Assembly (NCBI RefSeq): GCF_964204645.1
Contig: NC_134027.1
Coordinates: 7,720,485-7,784,484 of the forward strand
DNA from: Tubulanus polymorphus
Lineage: Eukaryota; Animalia; Nemertea
Direction: 5' to 3'
DNA length: 64,000 bases
In this document: positions 28,801 to 42,600 of the stretch, one piece after another
Numbering within the stretch: position 1 is the stretch's first letter
How the letters are laid out: every line of letters starts with the position of its first letter
Program-made: the position numbers and the translations under genes
Notes under the pieces: model-generated
What the model was told of the DNA's origin: nothing
Seen by the model: the letters and a program-made list of their open reading frames with translations, nothing else
Databases searched by the model: none

Positions 28801-31800
28801 TGCAGCAAATATTCTTATTGTCAGAGACCATTAGGGCAGAGAGATCGTCGGAACAACCAAAAAAAAATCCTCGAAAAAGATATATTAAGTATAACATCCT
28901 ATTTGACACAGATCTCTTGACTCTATCTGAGTCTCTACTGGGGTCAATCTTTTTTTTAAATCACTGAGTTTTATGAATAATTTTTAGGAAACACTCTATA
29001 AAGATTCTCAACTCTGTATGATGGTCAACTTTTGTGAAATTGTTAGCCTAATGTGGCCCCACCAATACTGAGTAAGGTGGAATTCAATATGCTTCCATTA
29101 GTGGTCACGAAAAATAGGGTAGAATAATTTACAATCCATTATTGAATTATTAATTCAGATTTAGGTGTGGATGTTTCAGTTTGAGTAATATTCAGTTGTC
29201 TTGTGCTGCAGTACATAGCATAAGTCCAGAGAGCCTGTTGTGTCATTATACCCACTGAGCTATTATTACTCCTTTGATCAATTATTGTATCGCATGCCAC
29301 ATTATTGCACTTCAGCTAGTGTGCTGATGTGGTAATGGACATATAAGGGTTAAACTTTGATGACTGTGCGACTGACTGTCGTGTGAGTGTGTGTGTGTTG
29401 TAGTAGAGCAGGGACACTGAAGATCGTACAGACTGTAGTAGTGGCATCAGAGATCCGCGGTCGTCGCTTGTCGGATTTCTAATCCAGCTAGTCAACGATG
29501 TAGGAAGGATTTAGTTTTTTTCTTTTTTCGAAAACTGTTTTTGACGCGCACGCACGCGTGTATTGCACTAACGACGCGACGGTATTCAAAAAAAAGTTGA
29601 CAACAAGGAATATTTATAATATGTTATGGGAGGATTATGTTCAGTTTGTCAACATCAAAGTTCACAGCGTGGTGTAAGTGCAGATAACTCTGATGATAAT
29701 AACGCCATGGGTGCTAAGTTGACCAAGTTGCGATTCAGTAAAGACTCGACGAATTCAGCCGGCAATAATTCCGATAGTAATACTAATAGTACGGATGAGG
29801 CTATTCATGCGAAAGAAGGTTGGTCGATCTTTTGGAGTTTTTGTCGTTCGTGCTACCCCCGGTATATCATTCTCCTGTCACTTGCTTGATTTAGTCACAT
29901 TCCTGAATAGAAAATGGGCACAAAGTATGCGGATTAGATTGTGCCGCTCATTTTTTGTAGTAGAATATTCGTAAATTCTGCGGATTCCATTTATAAATCA
30001 TTGATCGTCGGTCTTCCGGCAACAGCGACCCTGGAGCTGGTTTTCGGGTTTTGGTACGCGATGCTTCGATAGCGTGTTCAATAAATCATACTATTCCCCC
30101 CCCCCCCCTGGGTCATGACAGAATCTGAGAACTTATATGGGCTTCATGAACTGATAAGCAAATCAGGCAGTGATCCATGCTACCATTACATTACATGCCG
30201 TAGGATTCTTCATTGACGGCAAAAAGTTTGCATCAATTATGTATTTTTGAAGATTAGAGATATGATAGTTATTAGTTGCTTTTTTGATACATCAAATCAG
30301 AAAGTTGCCAGACACAGAATTTTGTACAAAGGGAACCAAGTTAGTAAAATCAAAGCTACGTAAGGCTGATTATATTCGAGGATTTTTCAAATAACACTCA
30401 ATACCAGGATCTACTTGACATAAGCCGCGATCACACAAGCATTTTTGGCTAGGTTAGGCCATAGCTAACCGTTTAACGGGTGTGCCCGTGACTGTTCGAT
30501 CCGGGCCGAATTTGGCCCAACCAAAAGCGGGGCCGAACCTGATTTTGGCGCGCATCAATCGAATCATTACGTTTGTATGCCTAGCTTTAGCATTTGATAG
30601 CATCGAGTGAGTGGTTTATGTGTGAACCCGCTCTCTCTAATCAATTTGCAAAAAATTTGACTAGGGTCTGATCCAGGCCAAATAGTTTCCGTGTATGATC
30701 GTGGCTATAAGCTGGTATACAACTAGTTGTTGAAAGTGCCAACTCGCAATTCGTTTTACGTCGTGGAATACATATTTATGTATTTTCTAGTTTCAAACAT
30801 ATGCCGACGAATAAATATTCTTGACATATCAATGCTGACAAGTGTGCTAATACGATATCCCGCTAATATCGATTGAGCGATGCCTTCAGTCGGTTTCGAG
30901 GGCGCTTCACGCGCGCAAACTCGTCGCCTGAAACGCTATATAGCCAATTCATAAATGATTTATCAAAATGGATTTCAATTAATAACTCTCTCGTCGATAT
31001 GCCGTAATAATATTGAATTTCGAGTAATGCATCACATGTAAATTTCACAGCTTTCAATCCGCGGTTAATAGCCATTTTGTGCACGCACACTTCAGATACC
31101 GATGCATGTCGCGGCGAATAGGTTCAACCCTTGAAATGCCTCGTATTGGAATATATATATTCAATACTGCTTTTTGATATTACTATTTTTCTGCTTTTTC
31201 GATATTATCATTGACGTTAATTTTGATTTTTCTTTGCTTCTTTTCAGAACCACCGAAAAACAGATTTCAAAGGCGAAAATCAGGTAAATGAAAAACTTTC
31301 ACTGTTTTAACCGGATGATATCTTTTGATTACAGCCAAATATATAACAAATTCCCTCTTCGAAAAGAAAAGTTACGGCAAAGCCATTTCCTTTTATGGGC
31401 TTTGAATAAGACTTCACCCAGATCCTAACAGAATCGTGAGATAGATGTGATGATACTGTTTGAATTTAACTGCTAGAATCGGGTACACGTCACATCGAAT
31501 AGCCGCGTATAGATCGAGAATTATCGTCATTAAACGAACTCGAATTAGAATAAAATTCACATCACCATGAATTCAGCGGCCGGTCGTCGGTCGATCGGTC
31601 GCGAAACGCATCATTCAAACTCGTGTCGGAACGGAAAATCGGCCATGTTTTTAATTAACGATTGAAAATATTCTCCGCCAACCCGATAGAAATCAATTCA
31701 TCGATGACAGCTGCGACGCATCCACCGCACGCGTTATATATAGGCTAACAAATAGGTTTTGAAAATATCAGTCGAGTCGTATTTTGTTCCTTTTATCAAC

Positions 31801-34800
31801 AGTCGAGCTGTCGAATATGATCCATCATGATTTTGACTTCTCGAATATAAGCATGGAATCCGAGTTCATGATGTAAACTATTAAGTCTGAAGTTCCTGGC
31901 ATGGGAATTTTATTACATACTACGGACAGCTGTGATTGGTATCAATACGAACACCTTAGGGGTAATCTATTTGTCGCCGGCATTCCTGAAAGTCATATCT
32001 CCTCCTCCTCCGTAAACTTGTTATTATTATTGAACATTTCGCCTCTATATCGACCGCAAATTCGTCGATATCTGCATATAACGTTTTTAATCAGTGAATA
32101 GCCATTAATCACTTAACGGGGCTTTCATATTCAAGACCACAATTCATTGAGAAAAAGTGCTCCAAAGCCCGTTCCATAGTCGTTGATACAATTCTGGAAT
32201 TAGATGATTAGAAATTTTACTATTCAATTTGAGAAATATTCAATTTGAGAAATATTCAATTTGAGAAATATTCAATTTGATTTTTGTTGAATAGGCGCGC
32301 TCACACTGATACGGGCCAAAGTTGGAACTGACCAAATCAGAATATGTGTTCACACGCGTCTTCCTGAATTGGCTCCAGATCGACGGCCCTGTATGATGTT
32401 GCCATGAGTATTCTACCCCAAAATTTATATCTAAATGATAGATTTATGAGTTCCTGGCTGTTGTTTATTAAACTAATTTTGATGCAGTTTATCATAGATA
32501 AATCTAGACACATCAATCAATGGTAAGTGTTCGGGCATTTTCAAAATGATTAAAACAGATAACTCCCCGAGCAACACACGCAATAGACAAAATTTAAAAT
32601 CCATTGGCCTATATACATTAACTTTAGGCAATATAGAAATTATATGAAATCTGAAAACTATATTAATCATCTTGATGATGAATTAGTGACCAGTTTATTT
32701 CCATAAAGACTAAATAAGGCCTAACAATCGATTTTCCAGTCAAATAACCATCTGGTCCAATCATCCATAGTTACAAGTAAGCCCAATTGACTGTTTGTAG
32801 ACCTTCATTTTATGAAACCATGTTGACCGTTGAACAGGATTCTAAATTCCCTTCACTTTCATAGCCTGGTGGGGCCGCGTCAGCATACACGCATTCGTGT
32901 TCGACGCGAACAAGGCTGCGCAGAAAACCCGTTATCGCTGCATTGCAGCTATATTTGCAATTGAATTCATACTGCAGAACGGACCTGGATCCGTCTTTTA
33001 GGTCAGTCCTAATTGGAACGGTCTGAAATGGAACGGACAAGGTCTATTTGGAACAGACTTTTCGCTAGTGTGAACGCCTAGTCTGTTCCAAATTGGAACG
33101 GGCCAAATTTAGACCGTTCGAAATAACATAGGGTGTACGCGGCTAACGTGTATAGAAATGATTACACCAATTTATTTGACACGAAATCCTGAAAAAATAC
33201 GACCCGTTGTTTGGCAGTCAGTATTCTCTAGCGTGAGATGTATTTATTAGTCGCTACTGAAAGGTCTCTTCCGTGAAATAACCTTATGGATCTTCTGTTC
33301 ATTTCCTGAATGCAAATACCGCGTGCGACGGAAGTATTTGGCAGTCATCCCTGCCCGCATCAATGTTTATCCATTAATTGAATACGTCGTTCCTTTAATT
33401 GGCTCCTGTGAGGAATCTGAATTCAAACCATATAGCGTAAAAATGGAATTTCATCAGGAAACCGGCGATGAAGTCTTAAGGCGGATATGTTATAAGCCCC
33501 AAATTGTAGACTTACTGAATTGAGTGATTTGTATAAAGAATAGATTAGTAATGTAATACGAGTCCAGTGTACACATCGACAAGTAGGCTCATAACAGGGA
33601 AACTTGAGTAGATTGTAGATTTATATGGTGTACCACGCTGTACCACGAACCTTCTAGTTACAAGCGAGACAGAACCGCGGTAATCAGAATACGTTCTCTT
33701 TATTCTACATGGAAAATGAGTTTTTCATAGAATGAATAATTGTAGTTTTCGTTCAATCTATACATTTTTTCCTGGCGATAACTTTCAATTTGTAATTTAG
33801 GCCTATTTTTTATTCTAATTGTACAATGAATTTATGCTCGATTGGTATTCTTATGCAATATCGTCACCATAAAATATGAATAAATTGAATATATCAATAT
33901 GAATAAATCAACCTTAAAATTGTATCTAAAAAAAGACAATTCAAAAGATGGGGGGATTTTTACCTACTTTTTTTGGGAATTTTTTACCCATGGGATTTTT
34001 ACCAGATTGGATTTTCCGCTAACCCTAACTTTTCATTGGTTTCCCATGGATTGAAATGTAACTTCAAAATTAACTAGGTCAATATTACAACGAGCAACGA
34101 AGACACTCGCATTCGAGTTCGTAGTCTTTTGTGCGTCATTTGCTAATAATTACATTACACATTCTAATTAACGTCTGCGCAAAATTTGATTTAAAAGGAA
34201 TAATAAACATCACACGATAGGTAAATTGAATTTTGTAGACGCACACACAACAATGTAGGACACTCACGGGGATAAATGAATCACGGGTGTCAACAAAAAG
34301 CTGAAATTTGTCTGATATACAGTGTAAATAATATTCTACTGTTGCAATTAGTCCGTTTTCATTTCCTGCACTGAATCGCATGTACAAACAACTGGATACA
34401 ATTTCTGCTAAGGCTGGTAGTTATGTCGTCCCTCCCTCGGCGGGGATTCGAACTTGATGATAAGATTTAACCACAGCATGAAACGCAGCCTGGTGAGCCC
34501 AAGCACATATGCCTGCGCAGTGGGGCTTATCAGGCAGGGTTTCATGTCGGTTCATGGTGCCATCTGGATCAAATCAAGAAATTCTAGTTTATGAAAGAGA
34601 ATAGTTTCATGACATTATTTCAAGATTTGCAAAATCAAATTAGGAACTATCAAAAATGGTACTGGAGTGTCCTGAACTAAACCTACAATAACACTCTTGT
34701 GTTTGAAAGCTTCCCCTAGTGGCTAAAAATGCTGAGCACTGTAAGCGGTGATCACACGAGCATGTTTGGCCCGGAACAACTGTTCACACGGGTGCCAAAT

Positions 34801-36601
34801 GGGCCCAGGCTAAATTTGGCATGACCAAAAACGTTGGACCAGGCCCAAACCAGAATTTAGCACGGGTCAAATTATTTCATCTGAATTGCAACTGGTTCGG
34901 GAAGTCTCTCACTTTGCTTTGTATTAAGTATTGCTTAGTATCGAGTCACTGATTTACATGTGAACGCGATCTCTCTTATTTGACTCGAGTCTGATCCGAG
35001 CCCATGAGCCAAATTCTCTATGTGTAATCACGGCTATAGACACTGTATCACCTTGGTCAGTCAACACACACCAGCATTTACATGTGTCTTAAACAGTATT
35101 TTCATTCCATGGTATTTTCAGTGTCAGCCGAACGTTATGATCCCGAAGCGGATGAAGACGAAGGCGATGAACAGGTAAGTGTGGAGACCTCCCCTGTTAG
35201 TATACACCCTCCTCGACGCCGTCGCCGATGACATCATCTCTTTAGACGTCTTACTAACGACGTCGTAGCAGTTAGATTTTCGCATTAACTTTGATCTAAC
35301 GTAGGCACCCCGTGGAAACAATCTAACCAATCATGATATTTCACGTTCTGATTAGCTAAGACCGTCTACTCGGGTGCATTCGGTGGAAATAGTAATTTTC
35401 TTTCGTCGACGTCGTCGTGCCCCGCAGAGCTAACGAACAATCCCTTTAACCCATCGTCAATATCCTGGCTGTAAACGCTGTAACATCGCTAGCATCGGTT
35501 TACAAATTCAACCTTCGTTTATAATTGATGATCATATTTTGCCTAGAATGGGCTACGCTCACCGGGAAAATGGCCTTCATTTATATTGATACCCTATAGC
35601 TGAAGCTCGAGTCTGCTATCTACCATGGTGTTTTGGCCGCATGGTGCTTGGCCCTGATATGACTGTCGAACGATGGTATAAAACTGGGGCCAAGTTAGAG
35701 CATGGATTCTAAGTCCATGGTTAGAGTTAACCAGTGGTTAGTTGACATAGAGACAATTAATAGTTCGTTGTTACTACGGTATTTATTTCCCCCCACCGCC
35801 CCCCCCCCCGGTTATCTTAAACCAACTCTTGAGCAACTGGTCCCTGGACCATTGGGTTCCGCAATCGGTTCGCATTCAAATGTTAGTTGAATGAATGAAA
35901 AATAACGATGAAATTGATTTAATGAAACAAGTCTAATTTCTCAAATTGATGAACGCGGCGAAACTGCAGCCTGAATATTGTCATAAGAAGAAGCCGATTC
36001 TATGTGGATGATATAACTATCGTTTAACTACAACCACTGATTGATGATTTACCTACGTATCACCCCCTGTTTAATGATCATAAAACCTGTGTGATATTCG
36101 ACAGATTGAAAACCCGTTCGAAATGATGATGGATCGCGCTAGACATTAATCAGACAATGAGATATCTGTCTCTATCTCTCTCTCTGTACAGCCCTCCTGC
36201 CCGCCCACAGTTATTCATAACCTTAAATAGACGTCGGATTTTTATATAAACTGCACAATTTCATCACAAACAAAGCCGGGTGTATGTTTCTGATGAGATA
36301 CACGAGGGATCGCAACTGAACTGAATGATTAGATTTTTGATCTGTCAACGTCGCGATATTTTCATTAATTCTCGACGAGTTTTCCTCATTTCAATTAAGC
36401 CGATGCACGTTTTTCTTCTACTTCAATGTTTTTCTTCTTTCTTTTTTTCGATACAGAAAGTTTATCCGAAGACGGACGAACAGCGAAAACGATTGAGCGA
36501 AGCGACGAAGAACATCCTCTTATTCAGGAGTTTAGACAATGTGAGTGTACAATGCGATTACCCGGGAATTTCTTTGTCCGTCTCTTCCTCCTCAAACATT
36601 G

Positions 36602-36664
<63 letters not shown>

Positions 36665-39600
36665 CTTATATATGTTAGAAACTCGTCGGCATTTCATTAA
36701 ACTTTTTAAAAAAGCGTGTCAACTCTTCACATTGATCTTCTATTGTTCCTACGCGTAATAATTGTCAAAAACCAATTGACACCTTTTTTACTTAAAGAAA
36801 TGATCTCCTTACACTTACTCCGCCCAAAACGAAATGAACTTCTCTCCCTGCTGTTCCCATTGTTCGTTCTCATTTACCTATTGACATTAAAGCCGATGTC
36901 GGAGACATTTTCTACCATTTTAGTCGCTACGACTCTCCGTAATTCTTGAAAACTGTCTCGGGCAGATTCTTTATTAGTGTAGAGACGCGAAAGATCCGAT
37001 GATAGATTGCGCAGTGTTAGCTAATTTAAATTGATTACTTTCTCGTTGATTCGCTTTCCTAATTTCTTGTTTGTCGATTGCATCGGAAGTGAAAAATTGC
37101 CCTGAACACGTTTGAATGGCGGTTCGGTTGCCTCAGTCACATTTCTCCTAGTATCAGGCAGAGAATGTTTTCATTGTCAGATACGTATCTAGTTTACGGA
37201 TAAACTTGAAGAGTATGAGATTTTGAAAGGCAATCGAAATGTAATAGGAGCCTCCAGTCAGCGTATGTTTACCGGGTTTTGCCTCGTGTTTCTGCAGAAT
37301 GATAATTAAAAAATTGTTGTTGATGGTATTTATCTAAGCTTTGGGGCCCTAGAGCTTAGATTTCGAGAACATACAAAAACAGCACAGAACATGTTTAAAA
37401 ATCAGTCTTTTCGATTTTCTTTTTCAGCAACAAATGCACCAAGTAATCGATGCAATGTTTGAGAGGAAGGTAACTATATCTTTTTTATCTTATTCTATTT
37501 TCTGTGTTCGTAATCATCGCACTGCCGTGTGGCGGTCACTACTGATTTGTCGATGTAGCTAGTAATGTAATTTATTCGTTCATCACATTGACGCCTAACT
37601 AGATTTTTCCTGTTATATATATACATAACGGCAGTTTCTGCTCTCTGCCATCTACTACAGCCAAAATTGATGACTGCTGCCAAGATATGACAATAATAAT
37701 TTCCTCTCTGAATAGCTCATTATCTGAATGGATCTGATCGTACACTTGTGAAGTATTTTGAAAATTAGATCGCTCTGACATTTCTCGGTAGATAGTGCCA
37801 CAATCATGGCTGGTATTCTGGTATAACCATGCCATTACTGATAATAGAATGCGTATTTTCTTCATTGTCTTGAAATCAATTTGAGAATTTTTCCGAGCGA
37901 CCATTTGGCGAATAAATAACAAACATACTACGTCAATGTTGCGCTCTGGATAGTACATCTTGCGGTACTTGTAGCATAAAAAAGATTAGTTAGCAGTGGC
38001 ATTGTAGGGCAGTCGTGTTGATCTTAGTAATGCGCTTATCAAGTGGTCTGGATCGATTTTGGCTGGCTAAGAGCGGGCTGACACAACCTCGACGATATAT
38101 ACATTATGTTTAACCAGCAATTTAATAATGTACATGAGGGAAATCATGGCGTTCTCAGGATTTGAATTATTCTCGACATGAAATGTGCGGAATTCAAATA
38201 TGGCTAGGTGTTCGCAGCGGCTACCTCTGCTTAACTAAAGCGTAATGTAATTCCTGTGAACTACGACAGTTACAGCAGTGTGTCAACAGTTGCTGACTAT
38301 CTTTGAATGTTAGCAGGGTACGGCTGTCCCTGATGATCGTTTTCCTTCCCCCTTGTGGTATGAATAGATATCCTTAAACTTGGGTCTAGTCTCCAATAAT
38401 GAGAATAGATTTGATAACAAAAATAGGGTCGCCACTCACCTGGAAATCAGGAAATGGTTAGGGAATTTTGTAAAAAGCTAACAATCGAGGAAAAATCTGG
38501 GAAATTTGTTGAGTTTGCTAGATGGTGCCTTTAATCAAACAGTTTCCGTCCAAGTTTTACGTATTTTACTTCGTTAATTGATTGGATTCTTAGCAGATCA
38601 AGTCAGGGAAAACAAAGTGCACATGTCAGGGAATAGTCAGGGAAAAAGCAAGTCGAATAAAAGTGGCAACATGTATGAATCAGTTTGTTAAATAACGCAG
38701 TTATCAGGTTTTTCAAATAGGGTTTCTCGAGTAAAGGGTTAACGCGGATAATTTTCTGCGCATATGGCGTTTCTCGTGGCGGTGTCTTATTTTAATAGTC
38801 AGACTTTAATTCGATGAACTAAGATTCAGTTTACAGCGATAGAAGATCCCGGTAATGGAGCTCATCAGGTGATCATATTAGATATAACGTCGACGGTCTA
38901 TGAATCATTTGTCGGCGGCGTGTGCCATATTTATAAAGACTGGTATTATGAATGGCCCTCGTGTTAATTGTATTTATCAAATTGTCTTCCACTTTAAGTA
39001 ATAAAAAAGCTTTTAAAAAGAAAATACTGCAAATATAAGTCATTTTTAGGATCAACCGTGTTGATGGTCCTGAAAATAACAGTCTGTTTGCTCTTGGTGG
39101 CACAAATTGTAACCGCTGGATATACACAGCTGGTATTTTGTCATTAGGCGAGAAATAGGGGTTCATTAGTCCGTCCACTCTGCCGTTTAGAAGTACTGGG
39201 AGAAAATGTTCAAAAATTTCAATGAATTTATCCCCATTCTACTTATCGGTGCTTGGCCTTAATTCTAGATAATGACGTCATTGGGAAAGTCCTTCGGTAT
39301 TCAAGTCGCAAATCCCAGAACAAATCGTTTTTTTGTGGTCAAAAGTAAAACTGTACTCAGTTGATCCTACTGGACCCATGGTCCTTTATTCATGCATAGA
39401 TATGATAGAGCTTATTCGTTTCAAAAAAAATAGGAGCGTAGAATTTTGTCCGAACATTAGTAGAAGTTCGATGGAAAATCTTAGTCATTGTGCGGGGGGG
39501 AAAATAATTATGCTAATTTTTCTCTAGTTAGGCTAATTACTCGATACGAAAAACATCTAAACTTAGTTAGCATTTTGATGTCGAATGAACCGACGGGATC

Positions 39601-42600
39601 TGTCGGATTCGCCACCGATTGATCGGTTGGGTATCGGTAGGCGTTGTTGTTTATCTCGGATTGTTCCGGCATTTATCGACTTCTATTCTCGCGGAGACTT
39701 TCGACATGACTTTTTTTTATTCGTCGTTCGATGCGATCGACGCGCGGCGGTCGGTCTGTATTCGCCGTGCATCTAATGCGCCCCGAACGAGCCCGGATAA
39801 TTGGATCTTGCTGACGTCCATACATCTGTCTGTTGGTTGTCATCTCGCGCTGATATGAAAAGCCCGGATGGCCGGTAATGCCGTCAAATCATCACCGCTG
39901 ATGATAATACAGCTGTTTAGTGGCTTGTGTACATGAGGTGATCAGAAAGAATACTTCATTTGTCGCCGAATCGAACGGAGCCCTTGATCAATTCCATTGT
40001 CTCGAGACCACAAAATTCGGTTTGTGTTTAGGGACGTCTGTTGGTGGCATGTAAGAGGCTGAACTTACTGAAGTCATCAGTCTTTTACCGGTCGTATCAA
40101 TCCAGGATTCGTCGGTCGTCGAAATCTTCTTGAAGTATCAAAGACACTTTCTTTGACTTTGATTGCGCATACGCAGATCGCTCTAGTCTGCAAGAACCGT
40201 TTGAAATACCGCAGTGTGCCACTCACTACCGTATATTGGTTGCTGTGGGGATGATGTTGATCATGGACTATGTAACTAGTTTTCAAATCCAAGCAGTAAT
40301 GAAATGATAAATTATCAGTTGGGAACTGAGAGGCATGTCATTTGCCCTTTGTTTAAAGAGCAGAAAGACATTAGCGACTACGTTTAACAGCGAGTCTGCT
40401 GGTCCGCCGTGAACTTTGGTATTTTGTCATTCAACAGTTGGAAATGCAGTCGCAGTCGTTTTTATCTCCCCGATGACAAACATTTGCTTAAGGAGAGATA
40501 AAGCTTTTTTAAGTCTTCCAATATTTAAGAATATGAAATATTCCGTTGGGAAATACGTTTTAAATATTCTGATCTATTCAGCAGATTGAGGGATGAGATC
40601 TCCGTCTTTTGTTTTCGATTTATTTTTTCTATTTTCGCTTACCGGGGGTACGATGAAAAAAGTAAGCAGCGGGGAATCGAAAATTGAATTACAGGGGACG
40701 CTTTGATTTATATATTTTTCATGCCGCGACCACATTCGTGGTTTATTAACGTGCATTACGCTTTCGTGAAAGCGATGACGACTGCGCGAAATATGGTTTG
40801 CTCTAGGATGCATTACGCCGGTGAGGCTATTTCAGGTCTTACCGTTCATTCGTTCGTCTGTCTCGCGGTATGGTAATTCATATTTTACACACTTAATAAA
40901 CCACGAGCGTCTCCAGCGTCATTAGTGAAACAAATCAAACGGAAACTCTCTCAAAGTGTGAACTCAACTCAACTCAACTGAAAGCGTAGAATATCGGTAT
41001 GATTCCGGCTGATATTAGATATTCTAACACTAAGGGGTTGTAGATCTACACCTTGCAACTATACATAATCCCTTTTTTCATCAAATGTTTTACCGAATCA
41101 TAGGAAGGAATATTTTTAGGTTTTCTTTAGATGAGTGTTGCATCCTTGGATGTATTTCAACTATTGCTAAACAACATCCTTATTCAGTTGGTATTTGTAA
41201 TTATTGTCATGAATATGAATAGTAAACAAGGGTGAATCAGTGCCCTTATTCATTTTGTCAATAACGATATTTGGTGCATTTCTCAGTAGGGAGTGCAGGC
41301 TATATTGCCTTTTTAGACATCAAAATGCCCGTTTGGGATGCGACTTTGAAATTGGCCTCCGGATCTGCCCTGTATATCTACATTTTTGGGGCCTTTAAGC
41401 TCATTTTTAAAATAAAGATATTTTCATTTCTTTTGATTTCAGGTAACGCCTGACGAACATGTAATTGACCAAGGAGATGATGGAGATAATTTCTATGTTA
41501 TTGACACGTAAGTTTACATTTAGTCACATCCTGTGGCCAGCGTTTGCTTGCTCTGAATAATTATTAATAACTCAAACCGGTTTACCGTGCTCTTATTTGA
41601 AACCTGCTGATAATCATTTCGACCAATTATTCATTCATTGAGTGCTCTTTATACAGGTCTCTCTCCCCTCTCGCCTCTCCCCCTCTCTCGCTGTTTCTGC
41701 TCCCCTCCAGGGGACTGTTATCCCTCTTTCTTAACTGTAGCCCTCTTGTCATATTTCCAACTGCATTGAGATTACAAGCCTCTCATTGTTTCTCAGCAAA
41801 GAAAACTGCCTCATTTTTACCTGCCCTCCCCTTTTGATCTAACAGAGAAGAAGCATTTGAATGTAAACTTTTTTAGGTATCAATTTTATGTTTTTCATTT
41901 TTCCGTAAAATTTCAGGGCAAGTTGATATTTTCAGGAGGGGTGCACACGCTCGTATCTACCTGTGATGTATGTCGGCTACCACGCATAAAATGCATCCTC
42001 ACTGAAATGAACGTCGTGTGTCCCTTATGTCCTTGCTTGCCTTTGAAAGACTCGCGCTCACGTGGTCCCCCTATTCAATCAGTCCCTCACATCCCACACT
42101 CGCGCCTTTTAATCGAACCCACGTTTAATCAGCCTATACTACAAACTAAACTATAATTTCATAGGGTCGGTAAGGTTGATTATGAGCTGTATATTGTGCT
42201 GGCTTTTTCCACTGCGTTGAACATAATTGTTATCGTTCTCCTCACGTAGTCGTCGTCGTCAGCTACTCCGTCGACGTCGAGAACTGGAAAGCTTCACGGA
42301 GAGGATTTAGCTTTGATCTTGAAAAATGATGTTTCAGCTACAGCGTTGTTACCCGGGAAACCCTGGTCAATTCAAAGTGCTAATCGAAATTGGATTGCTC
42401 CATATTAATGTGGAATTAAAAAGTAACGACTGCGACGAGCTAATCTTTCGTCATCCCGGCGCGAGATCGGCGATGAACGTGAAAGCCTCCATCGGTGCTT
42501 CAGATCCACGTATTACCGTCAGATTTTACTGAATGTTCAATGTTCGTTTTATCCAAGTTCCAGGATACTCGAATCTTGGGTATAGTCGACTGTATACTGG

